A DNA stretch of 64,000 bases, taken from positions 34,272-98,271 of the IMG/VR virus record IMGVR_UViG_3300037235_000042. One strand, given 5' to 3'. How positions within the stretch are numbered: position 1 is the stretch's first letter; each line of letters opens with the position of its first letter. Under the pieces are notes generated by a model. That model made no database searches. It was not told the origin of the DNA and worked only from the letters and a program-made list of their open reading frames with translations. A program made the position numbers and the translations under genes. The stretch is from a virus. Positions 53,200 through 61,044 of the stretch are shown here, piece after piece.

Positions 53200-53568
53200 A
53201 TGGAAATTCCCATCTACTTAAACAACCATCCATTCCTCCCTCCCCCGGAACAGGTTGATCCGAAGATGAACGCTGCTGTTGCTGCTGCTGCCACTCGTCT
53301 GGAAGTTCTCAGGCTTCGCGGGGAAGGTCCGGCTAAACTGACTCCGCGCCAAGTTGAGGTTGTAAAACTGGTCGCGGAAGGGAAGTGTACGAAAGAGATC
53401 GCCGGGGAACTGGGGATCGCCGCGAGGACGGTGGTTACGCATAGACATAATATCTTCACGAGACTGGGGATTAGAGATCGGGTAGTGCTGACGCATTGGG
53501 CCTTGGCGGAAGGGTTGCTGAGGAATAAGTTTCAGCAAGGGGATCAGCCAGGGGGAGATCGGCTATGA
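53200..53568 (+). CDS. LuxR/GerE-type HTH transcription regulator without sensor domain
   Basis: LTPRQVEVVKLVAEG...KEIA.ELGI..RTV..HR.NIFTRLG; start uncertain. Confidence 0.8.
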   Translation: MEIPIYLNNHPFLPPPEQVDPKMNAAVAAAATRLEVLRLRGEGPAKLTPRQVEVVKLVAEGKCTKEIAGELGIAARTVVTHRHNIFTRLGIRDRVVLTHWALAEGLLRNKFQQGDQPGGDRL

Positions 53569-53774
53569 GAGAACCAGAGTTGATGGGGAACTTTGTCGAT
53601 CAGGTCAGGCAACAGGAGGATTACGCCTACGCCGACCGGCAAGAGTTTATATGGACCGTGGCCCATCCATGGCTGTCCCTCGCCTACCGGATCGTCGGCC
53701 TGTCAATCATGGCCGGATGCGCCGGGCTGATCGGATGGGGGTTGTGGGCACTAGGGAGGTTAGTGATCAGGTGA
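53565..53774 (+). CDS. small membrane protein
   Basis: C-terminal TM; ATGA overlap. Confidence 0.55.
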   Translation: MREPELMGNFVDQVRQQEDYAYADRQEFIWTVAHPWLSLAYRIVGLSIMAGCAGLIGWGLWALGRLVIR

Positions 53775-54007
53775 GTTATAAACGGAAGATCGAGCTGAGA
53801 CCGACGATTCTGGAATCGGTGAATGGCCCGGCGGGGGTCGTTACTCGAGGGCAAAGAAAGCCGACGTTTAGACTGACAGGCAGGAGCTGGCCTGTCTACG
53901 GCATCCCTTCGTACCTACGGGGAGCTGTCAACATCGCCGAGGCTACTCCCGGCTACCTTCTCCAGAAGCTAGGCCAGCGGATCTACGAGTTCAGGATCGA
54001 ACCATGA
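53771..54007 (+). CDS. hypothetical protein
   Basis: GTGA overlap, GGAGGT SD. Confidence 0.5.
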   Translation: MSYKRKIELRPTILESVNGPAGVVTRGQRKPTFRLTGRSWPVYGIPSYLRGAVNIAEATPGYLLQKLGQRIYEFRIEP

Positions 54008-54066
54008 TCGAACTTCTCCCCTTGGTGGTCCTGCTAGCGGTGATTGTCTATTGGGAGTGTTGCTGA
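54004..54066 (+). CDS. 20-aa hydrophobic micropeptide MIELLPLVVLLAVIVYWECC
   Basis: ATGA overlap with upstream stop. Confidence 0.35.
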   Translation: MIELLPLVVLLAVIVYWECC

Positions 54067-54426
54067 TTGGCCCATATAGCCTACCAAGGTGTCCTGCAGC
54101 GCCTACGAGCCCTGCCGAACGATCTCAAACGAATTTGGGCTGGAGGACGTAAATCCGAGATCGTGGCTCATATTGCAGCTAATGCGATTCTTCTCTCCGA
54201 AGCAGCTCTATGTTCTCAATGTGAGACTATTGGCGACTCCTTGAACCGTTGTCCTAGGTGCGGGTCGGACGCCTTGATAGCCCTCACGAGGATCATCCCT
54301 CAACATGAAGACTCGATCCGCCTAGTCTGCGATCCGGTCGAGCCCGCTGTCAGGAAGCCGGTCGAACAGGAATTCTATCGACCAACGAACAGGAATTGGT
54401 TCCTCGTCTCAAATATCTCAAAGTGA
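54067..54426 (+). CDS. zinc-ribbon protein
   Basis: CSQC...CPRCGS; start uncertain. Confidence 0.5.
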   Translation: MAHIAYQGVLQRLRALPNDLKRIWAGGRKSEIVAHIAANAILLSEAALCSQCETIGDSLNRCPRCGSDALIALTRIIPQHEDSIRLVCDPVEPAVRKPVEQEFYRPTNRNWFLVSNISK

Positions 54427-54431
54427 GATCT

Positions 54432-54600
54432 ACGGACACCGGACACCGGACAGACACCCGTCCGGTTATTCCCTATATGAGAAACAGGCATATACGTGAT
54501 GAATATATATAATTATGATGTCCTAAGTGTCCTATATGTCCTATAGTTATTAATATCAATAAGTTACAAACAGGACAGCTCCAGACAGATAGGACACTCA
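54432..54600. repeat. putative replication origin: GGACA/TGTCC iterons around AT-rich tracts
   Basis: GGACACC-GGACACC-GGACA-GACAC; TGTCCTA x3; AT-rich ATAGTTATTAATATCAATAAGTTA; AGGACA x2; next to helicase 3' end. Confidence 0.65.
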
Positions 54601-54644
54601 TTAGCATAGGTTGATTATGGCCTAGGTTATTGTAGTTCTAAGAG

Positions 54645-56189
54645 TTAGTTCACTTTTCCCTTGATTTCCACCGAGACCGGCCCGTCTGAATCGTCTTCCT
54701 CCGGATCGGCTATCAAGCGAATTCCGACCACTCCCCTGGCGGTGTGCTCGGAGTTTCTCTTGCTGATTGCAAAGCCTTTATTCTTCAATTGGCTGGTTAA
54801 ATGAGTAATACCGAGACCCGGAAAGTAACCTTGTACTTTACACCATTGGGTCCAACTTGCCCATAGACGGGAGTTTAGCTCGAAGCCATCTGAGGGTCTC
54901 AGGGTACACTGGTCAAGCCACATCTGGATACTATCCATAGTTTCCAAGTAACTATCTGATGATGTGGTAACCGATGCTGGAGGTGTTAGCCCTAACTCTA
55001 ACCATTCAATACATCCATCGAGCATCCAACGTAGAATTTGCGGGTACTCCGCCTCCAGTTTGAAAGCGAACCTGCCGTCACGGACAATGTCTGTCCGGGG
55101 ATTGAAGGTCTTGTCGTCCGGGAATTTGAAGGTAGCTTTCCACTCGACGATCTGAAATCTCCGCCGCTCGGCCTCGCCGACGTTCGACAGGATCGGCTGG
55201 TTGTTACACGATATGATCAGGGAATGGCTGGGAAGAAACGTTACCGAGTCACGATGGACTCGACGGGCAGTTATTGGGTCGGAACTGGTCAGGCGCTTAA
55301 GTTGAACCAGTCTCCAGGTACGGCCTTCTTCGGTTTCTTGGGCGACTACTAGGCGTTTCCCTTTTAAATCCATCAATTCGGTCGGATGAGTTTCATGTCG
55401 GGACATCATCAAAGGTTCAGTACGCATGGTGTGTGCGTAATCGCCCATGATCTCGTGTAGACAGTCTAGAAAGGTCGACTTCCCATTCCCTCCGCCCCCG
55501 ACGAACCATGTTAAAGCCTGTTCGCGGGTTGATCCGGTCAGGGAATACCCGGCTAGACGTTTTAGGTAACTGATAACTTCCTGATCGCCTCGGAGAGCCT
55601 TGTTGAGGAAGTCAAGCCATAGAGGACAATCCGCTTTGTCTGCAGGGGAGATTTTTGTAGTCTTCGAGATGAAAGTTTCCTTGGTTGGAGTGGTAACCTG
55701 ACCGGTTCGGAGATCGATCAGCCGGTCAGGGCAGCCTAAAAGCCAAGGATCGCCGTCGAATTTGTCAGGTTTGACGCTTAGAAGGGCTCTGGCTTGGGCG
55801 AGACAGTTCTGGATCGAGTGGTGGCTGTCGGATTTATGCGACCACGCGATCTGACGGGCTTTCTCCTCCTTAGCTAAGGCTGTCGGAGCTTTCATCTCCA
55901 TGGCGTCGGCCCGGCGAAGCTTGTTCGTTTCCCAGACGATTTGGTAGATCTTGAATTCCTGATCCTCGCGCCAGAGGCCGTTGTCAGATTTCAACAGCCA
56001 ACGGTCGGCAGCGGCGTCGTGACAGATTTTCCCGCCGAACAGGTAGTGAAGGAGCTGGGCGTTGCCGACATCGGAGGGGGAGAATTGAGTGGCTTTCTTA
56101 CGTTTTTTACTGGGTTGCGTTGGTTGAGGTTGGGCTGGTTGCGTTGGTTGCGGAGACGGAATCGGCTTACCGGACATTAGATCTCCCAA
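54645..56189 (-). CDS. D5/P4-family SF3 replicative helicase (D5_N + ATPase + wHTH), no primase domain
   Basis: SDVGNAQ, FDGDPWLLGC..IDLRTG, YSLTG.TREQ, Walker A GGGGNGKST, LKGKRLVVAQE, RRFQIV. Confidence 0.88.
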   Translation of the reverse strand: MGDLMSGKPIPSPQPTQPAQPQPTQPSKKRKKATQFSPSDVGNAQLLHYLFGGKICHDAAADRWLLKSDNGLWREDQEFKIYQIVWETNKLRRADAMEMKAPTALAKEEKARQIAWSHKSDSHHSIQNCLAQARALLSVKPDKFDGDPWLLGCPDRLIDLRTGQVTTPTKETFISKTTKISPADKADCPLWLDFLNKALRGDQEVISYLKRLAGYSLTGSTREQALTWFVGGGGNGKSTFLDCLHEIMGDYAHTMRTEPLMMSRHETHPTELMDLKGKRLVVAQETEEGRTWRLVQLKRLTSSDPITARRVHRDSVTFLPSHSLIISCNNQPILSNVGEAERRRFQIVEWKATFKFPDDKTFNPRTDIVRDGRFAFKLEAEYPQILRWMLDGCIEWLELGLTPPASVTTSSDSYLETMDSIQMWLDQCTLRPSDGFELNSRLWASWTQWCKVQGYFPGLGITHLTSQLKNKGFAISKRNSEHTARGVVGIRLIADPEEDDSDGPVSVEIKGKVN

Positions 56190-56474
56190 TGGCCAGGAGA
56201 AGCTTTCCTCGAAGAATAAGGAAGGAGGAAGGGGAATGTCCGAAGTTCCCCTTCCTTATTCTTTTTTGGAAGAAGCCAGGAGATCAACCCTAGCTTGCCT
56301 CTGAAGGCGAGGAGAACTATAGCACGAAGATTAAGGGGAGTACAGGAGATTTTAGATGTGGTTACGGGGTTTGGGGGATTGTGTTTTGGAGAGGAAATCC
56401 GAGGGAAAATCCGGGCTGGTTGAACAAAACTGATCGTCCGTCGTGAGGACGCCAAATGAGGAGAATTTTTCTCC

Positions 56475-56503
56475 TTGACAGAGGTTGAACGAGGGAGTAG
56501 GGT
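56475..56503 (+). promoter_or_regulatory. sigma70-type promoter with GAGGTTGA spacer motif
   Basis: TTGACA-17-TAGGGT. Confidence 0.6.
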
Positions 56504-56525
56504 AGATAGGAATCACGGAGGCGTG

Positions 56526-56687
56526 ATGGCTGAGAGGAAAGTGGTTTGCAAGAATTGCGGAAAGCCAATTTGGTTCGACTCAATACCCGGACGCGGTTGG
56601 CGGCACGAGAGTCCTGGCGGCGGCGGTTCCTACGAATGCAGTTCCCGGAAGTACGCAGAACCCAATGGAGAAGAAAATCGTGGCTGA
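56526..56687 (+). CDS. small zinc-binding protein
   Basis: GGAGG SD; CKNCGKPI..WRH..C. Confidence 0.55.
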   Translation: MAERKVVCKNCGKPIWFDSIPGRGWRHESPGGGGSYECSSRKYAEPNGEENRG

Positions 56688-57108
56688 GAGGAAAGCAGAG
56701 CACACACCCGCAGAAAAATGGTTTGCGGAATTGTGGGGATCAGCAGAGTACGATTGTGGCCCCGAGGACTATGAATGGATGGTCGAGCAGTCTATCGCGG
56801 CGATGCGGCGACTGAAAGCATTGCCCGAACCCACACCGGGAACTTGGTCACTCAAACGACGCGTAAACTCTCGCGGAGATTTCCTTGGATACGCAATCCA
56901 TGGTGGAATGGGTACCGTAATAGGTGAAATTTATAGCGTTAAAGATGCTCGCCTTATAGCCCAATCTCCCGACCTACTCAAAGCTGCCAAGTGTTTCGTG
57001 CGCTGGGTAGACGCCTGTTGGGGAGCCTCGGAGATTCTATCCTCGGAAACCCTGAAAGAATACGAAGAGGCCAAAGAAGCCATTCGTAAGGCAGAAGGCG
57101 GGGAGTAA
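56680..57108 (+). CDS. phage protein with TPG.W...DARLIA.SPDLL.A motif
   Basis: common phage motif; GTG start at 56680 inferred. Confidence 0.6.
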   Translation: MAERKAEHTPAEKWFAELWGSAEYDCGPEDYEWMVEQSIAAMRRLKALPEPTPGTWSLKRRVNSRGDFLGYAIHGGMGTVIGEIYSVKDARLIAQSPDLLKAAKCFVRWVDACWGASEILSSETLKEYEEAKEAIRKAEGGE

Positions 57109-57111
57109 AAC

Positions 57112-57309
57112 ATGGCAACTGATATTAATCCCGAGTTTGAACGCTGGGTAGTAAAGCAGACGTTTAGTGGACTCGATACGCCTTTATCCGATGGCACTAA
57201 ACGGTTGATGCAACGAGCTTTTGAAGCGGGGCAGAAGCAGCAGGCGGATCAAGACGCCATAATCGTTGAATCGCTGGACGAGTTACGTAAGGCAGAAGGC
57301 GGGGCCTGA
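57112..57309 (+). CDS. hypothetical protein
   Basis: GGGAG SD. Confidence 0.55.
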   Translation: MATDINPEFERWVVKQTFSGLDTPLSDGTKRLMQRAFEAGQKQQADQDAIIVESLDELRKAEGGA

Positions 57310-57352
57310 TATTTTATGACTTTCCGTTCGCGAGCAGCAGAGGAGCGTAACA

Positions 57353-57568
57353 ATGGCAGGTAATCCTAATGGGCACCACGAAGAGTTCTACTGGGCTGGT
57401 ATGGGCAAATCTGATTTTGAAGAATTGCCAGATGAATTGCCTGGTCACTATGCGGTTGATGATGGGTTCTGTTCGTGCGGGGTTTTATGCGAAACAGGAA
57501 CAGGACTTCGCAGACACTTGGCTGAGGTTTTACGGACCCCACATCGGCAATCCGCCGAAAGAGAGTGA
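57353..57568 (+). CDS. small C2H2-like protein
   Basis: CSCG...RHLAEV; GAGGAG SD. Confidence 0.55.
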   Translation: MAGNPNGHHEEFYWAGMGKSDFEELPDELPGHYAVDDGFCSCGVLCETGTGLRRHLAEVLRTPHRQSAERE

Positions 57569-57954
57569 GGAAAAACGTGTCAAAAGTTTGGCGTTGTTTC
57601 TTTTGCGATGAAGTATTTCGTGATCGCAAATCTGCGCACGAACACTTTGGAGACGAGAATTGCGTGACCGATCCTCCAGCGTGCATAGACCCATTACGCG
57701 CTGACGAGAAACAGCGCCTCACCGAATTGCGAGAAGCACGCGAACACGCTCTCAAAGCCTTCAATGAGCGCGACCGGGCCGAAGAACTTGCGGAAGGATT
57801 ACAGGCTGAACATGACAATTTTTTTCGATACTTCGGGCCAGACTGCCGCACGATGTGGCAAGCCGCCGACCGTTACAAGAACGCGCTGTATGAATTGGAA
57901 CTATTGAAGGATTCTCGCGTGTCCTCGCTCGAAGCTCCCCCGGAGGCGAAGTAA
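57565..57954 (+). CDS. C2H2-finger + coiled-coil protein
   Basis: WRCFFCDEVF...AHEHFG. Confidence 0.6.
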   Translation: MRKNVSKVWRCFFCDEVFRDRKSAHEHFGDENCVTDPPACIDPLRADEKQRLTELREAREHALKAFNERDRAEELAEGLQAEHDNFFRYFGPDCRTMWQAADRYKNALYELELLKDSRVSSLEAPPEAK

Positions 57955-57955
57955 T

Positions 57956-58156
57956 ATGGCCGATAAACTAAAGTTCAACAAGCCGACCTTGCGCATTATA
58001 TTCAGTGCCTTGTGCGATGCGGTGGATTGGCAGGACTCGCTAGCCGATTCTTGGAAACACGAGCCGAAGTCGGCGGACTTGCGGCGAGCTAAAGCGAAAT
58101 CCTTGCAGTATGCCAATATCCGCGAGCAAATAGGCGAATTCTTGAGGGGTGCCTAA
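57956..58156 (+). CDS. hypothetical protein
   Basis: GGAGG SD. Confidence 0.55.
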   Translation: MADKLKFNKPTLRIIFSALCDAVDWQDSLADSWKHEPKSADLRRAKAKSLQYANIREQIGEFLRGA

Positions 58157-58386
58157 TGGCCGATCCCGTCAAAGAGATCTCACAGATATTAGCAGAGATG
58201 AAGCCCTTGACTGCCAAAATGGAGCGCCGGATTTTGGAGTGGAGGCCAGAATATCCCGGCCGTGCGCCGAATGTGGACGTTGGCTTGTACAAGCGTGGGT
58301 TAATTGAAGATATGTCGGCAGTTCCATTGCGGCTGACAATTAAAGGCGAAACCATTCGCCGAACCTTATTGGCGAGAGAGGGGTGA
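58156..58386 (+). CDS. hypothetical protein (wHTH-like)
   Basis: LYKRGLI...LTIKG. Confidence 0.55.
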   Translation: MADPVKEISQILAEMKPLTAKMERRILEWRPEYPGRAPNVDVGLYKRGLIEDMSAVPLRLTIKGETIRRTLLAREG

Positions 58387-58389
58387 CTA

Positions 58390-58602
58390 ATGTCCGATCC
58401 CAGAGAGATTGCAGAGTTGATCGACAAAGACACAAATTACCACGCCGTGGAACGCATTGAGCGGGCGATCCGCATGACCATCGAGGCCATGTTACCGTTC
58501 TGTGCCCATCAGAGCACCACAATTAAAGCTGGAGCTATGCGTTTGCCGACCGAGGCTGAGATTTGCGCCCGCATCAAGGCAGAGTTGGAGAAGAAAGCAT
58601 GA
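58390..58602 (+). CDS. hypothetical protein
   Basis: operon context. Confidence 0.5.
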   Translation: MSDPREIAELIDKDTNYHAVERIERAIRMTIEAMLPFCAHQSTTIKAGAMRLPTEAEICARIKAELEKKA

Positions 58603-58973
58603 GCAAGTTTAGAATGGAAGTGTCTAACGGGGATTCGACTTGGTGGGAAGATTATGAGCGCCCACAGGTTCGAGACGAAGCCAGCGCTCGCGTAGCCGCC
58701 CAGCAACTTGTTGATTATTTTAATTCCACACTGCATCCTAAAGAGAAGCCGCGTACCCTTTTGTCAGTTAAATTTGGGGCCGGAAACTCACTAAAACAGC
58801 ACCGATGGGACAAACAAAATCTTGTAACGATTCGGCGTCGCGGTCTCTATTTCGATGAGATGAAATGCCGTGATTGTGGCGTTACCGGCAAGAGATTTGG
58901 ACTGCAAGAGGTCACACTTGACCGCAAATTCAAGGCGAAGAAATATTTAGTTTGTCAGGCGGTGAAAGCATGA
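58599..58973 (+). CDS. phage protein with H.W.K.NLVT..C..CGVTGKR motif
   Basis: ATGA overlaps at both ends. Confidence 0.6.
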   Translation: MSKFRMEVSNGDSTWWEDYERPQVRDEASARVAAQQLVDYFNSTLHPKEKPRTLLSVKFGAGNSLKQHRWDKQNLVTIRRRGLYFDEMKCRDCGVTGKRFGLQEVTLDRKFKAKKYLVCQAVKA

Positions 58974-59287
58974 ACGCAACAGAGAAGGCGAGACAGTGGC
59001 TCATCCCGCAAAAGGATGAATACGCCTCAGTCTTAGACTATGGACTGGATCTTGAGCAAGTTGCAATATTGTGCGGCAATTACGCCCGTGCCGCCGAACT
59101 CGCAGCCTATGAAGAGTGCTGCAAAGCAGTGTGCAAGGGCTGCAATGAGGGTTTAGCGTGCCTTTCACACCCACATCAAAATGGAGATCATCTCGATCAT
59201 GATAGGGATGGTTTTTTGTTGCGGTGTGCAGCTACTGACATTCGCAGTCTCCCCAGGTTTCAGGAGTTGCAGAAATCTAAATCTTGA
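58970..59287 (+). CDS. Cys/His-containing hypothetical protein
   Basis: ATGA overlap; VCKGC..H..C. Confidence 0.55.
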   Translation: MNATEKARQWLIPQKDEYASVLDYGLDLEQVAILCGNYARAAELAAYEECCKAVCKGCNEGLACLSHPHQNGDHLDHDRDGFLLRCAATDIRSLPRFQELQKSKS

Positions 59288-59360
59288 TCGTCTATGAATT
59301 TGCGCACGAAATAGTACACAACGGGTCCCTTCCCTAAACAAGGGAGAAAGTGATGGTGAG

Positions 59361-60137
59361 ATGACGAAATACAATCTGGAGCGGGTGACGATTACCGGAG
59401 CTGACGGCAATTCCAATATTGAGCGATTGATGGAAATTTCCCAAGAGTTCCCCTTTGTAGAATGGGGTATTTTAGTGTCTCGCCGCGCTGAAGGCACTCC
59501 GCGATTTCCGGGGCGTGAGTGGATTGACGAATTTGTCGAGGTCTGCCAAGCGCAGGACACGCCCATAGATGTGTCCATGCACGTTTGTGGTGCGTGGGTG
59601 CGTCAAATGCTCGTAGGGGATCTGGAGTGGTCGGAACTTCCAAGTGTGCGCCATATATGCCAGCGCGTGCAGATCAACACTCACGCGGAGTTACATAAGT
59701 CCACAACTGGCTTATGGAAAAGCCTGAAAGAGCAGATCGACAAAGAATTCATCTTCCAATGGGACGGCATAAACGATCATCTCACTTATGCGGCCTTCGC
59801 TGGCGGTCTGAAAGTTGCCGCACTCTTCGACACTTCTGGCGGTGCTGGCATCCTGCCACTGTCATGGCCGAAGCCGATAAAATCATTCCCGTGTGGCTAC
59901 GCTGGTGGGCTTGGGCCAGAGAACGTGGCGCAACAACTGCGCAACATTGGCCGTGTCTGCGACCAACCGTTCTGGATCGACATGGAGAGAAACGTCCGCA
60001 CCTTCAACGATGCGGGGTTAGATATTGCCTCAGTGCGCAAGGTGTTACATATCGCCAAGCAGTTCTTACGTGTCGATAAACGGAGCGCCGAAGAGGTTCA
60101 TGGGGAGGGACCCATTGCGAGCACTCAACGAAGATAG
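59361..60137 (+). CDS. phosphoribosylanthranilate-isomerase-like TIM-barrel protein
   Basis: TITGAD, VEWGIL, RVQIN, LFDTSGGAG, GYAGGLGPENV, WIDME. Confidence 0.7.
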   Translation: MTKYNLERVTITGADGNSNIERLMEISQEFPFVEWGILVSRRAEGTPRFPGREWIDEFVEVCQAQDTPIDVSMHVCGAWVRQMLVGDLEWSELPSVRHICQRVQINTHAELHKSTTGLWKSLKEQIDKEFIFQWDGINDHLTYAAFAGGLKVAALFDTSGGAGILPLSWPKPIKSFPCGYAGGLGPENVAQQLRNIGRVCDQPFWIDMERNVRTFNDAGLDIASVRKVLHIAKQFLRVDKRSAEEVHGEGPIASTQRR

Positions 60138-60180
60138 TCGTGGAAAATAAAAGGGGCGGTTTGCATAAGGAGAGAAGCCA

Positions 60181-60435
60181 ATGTGGTTAGCACCGAATGC
60201 CGAACAAATTGAAGCGGCTGCGGACAGCCTAAAATCCGCAGATCCGAAGATGCTGCAATCACAGGCAAAAGAGTTGATGTCATTTGGTCCTGGTCGAGCG
60301 CAACAAATTAACGCTTCGGGCTTGTCCGAAGATTTTCAGGTTGGATATACGCTCGGCCTGCAAACTGCTCGGAAGGTTCTTTCGGGAAGCGTGGCGCTTG
60401 CACTAAAAGGTGTCGATCCATCGGAAGTTCTTTAA
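60181..60435 (+). CDS. hypothetical protein
   Basis: AAGGAG SD. Confidence 0.55.
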   Translation: MWLAPNAEQIEAAADSLKSADPKMLQSQAKELMSFGPGRAQQINASGLSEDFQVGYTLGLQTARKVLSGSVALALKGVDPSEVL

Positions 60436-60485
60436 CTTTTTTGGGCTGAGGGGCTACGCGATAGCGAGGGAGAGGGGGAAATGGG

Positions 60486-60734
60486 ATGAAGTTCGAGGCC
60501 AAGCAATATCACGAATGGTCATGCGAGATTTCAAGGGGAGATGTGCAGTGTCCATATGTAACTCCCAGCGGTAGCGGTTATCTGTGCTGCGGGTGGAAAG
60601 CTGGTCACCCAGATACACTACCCCACGAGATAGTGTACGACCAACCATCCCCGCCTCCAATCAGGAGATGGTTCATTCAAAGGGAACACGTCAAGCATCA
60701 ATGCCTGCCAGACATAGGCGGAGATCCGCAATGA
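60486..60734 (+). CDS. Cys/His-containing hypothetical protein
   Basis: C..C..GH..PH. Confidence 0.5.
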   Translation: MKFEAKQYHEWSCEISRGDVQCPYVTPSGSGYLCCGWKAGHPDTLPHEIVYDQPSPPPIRRWFIQREHVKHQCLPDIGGDPQ

Positions 60735-61018
60735 AACATCTCTCCCTGCTTCTCTTGTGTCTCTGCGGGATAGGGTACGGACAAACGAGTGCGGACTTCT
60801 GCCTGCCTAACGAGTGTGGGTACATATTTGGTCCGGCTCCGATCTTGCAGGCCGCACTGCCCGATCAGATACTCTACCAATGCTGCCAATTTACAGACCT
60901 CTCGACTGATTTCTGGGAGCACATCGAATGCGATCATGGAGTGTGCACGATGACGCCGGAAATCTATTACCCTCCGCGCATTCAAGTGCCAGAGCCGAAA
61001 GGGTTGCAAGGTCGATGA
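60731..61018 (+). CDS. small exported Cys-rich protein
   Basis: MKHLSLLLLCLCGIGYG|Q signal peptide; ATGA overlap. Confidence 0.5.
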   Translation: MKHLSLLLLCLCGIGYGQTSADFCLPNECGYIFGPAPILQAALPDQILYQCCQFTDLSTDFWEHIECDHGVCTMTPEIYYPPRIQVPEPKGLQGR

Positions 61019-61044
61019 ACGAACTCAAACCGAAAGAGGACTCC

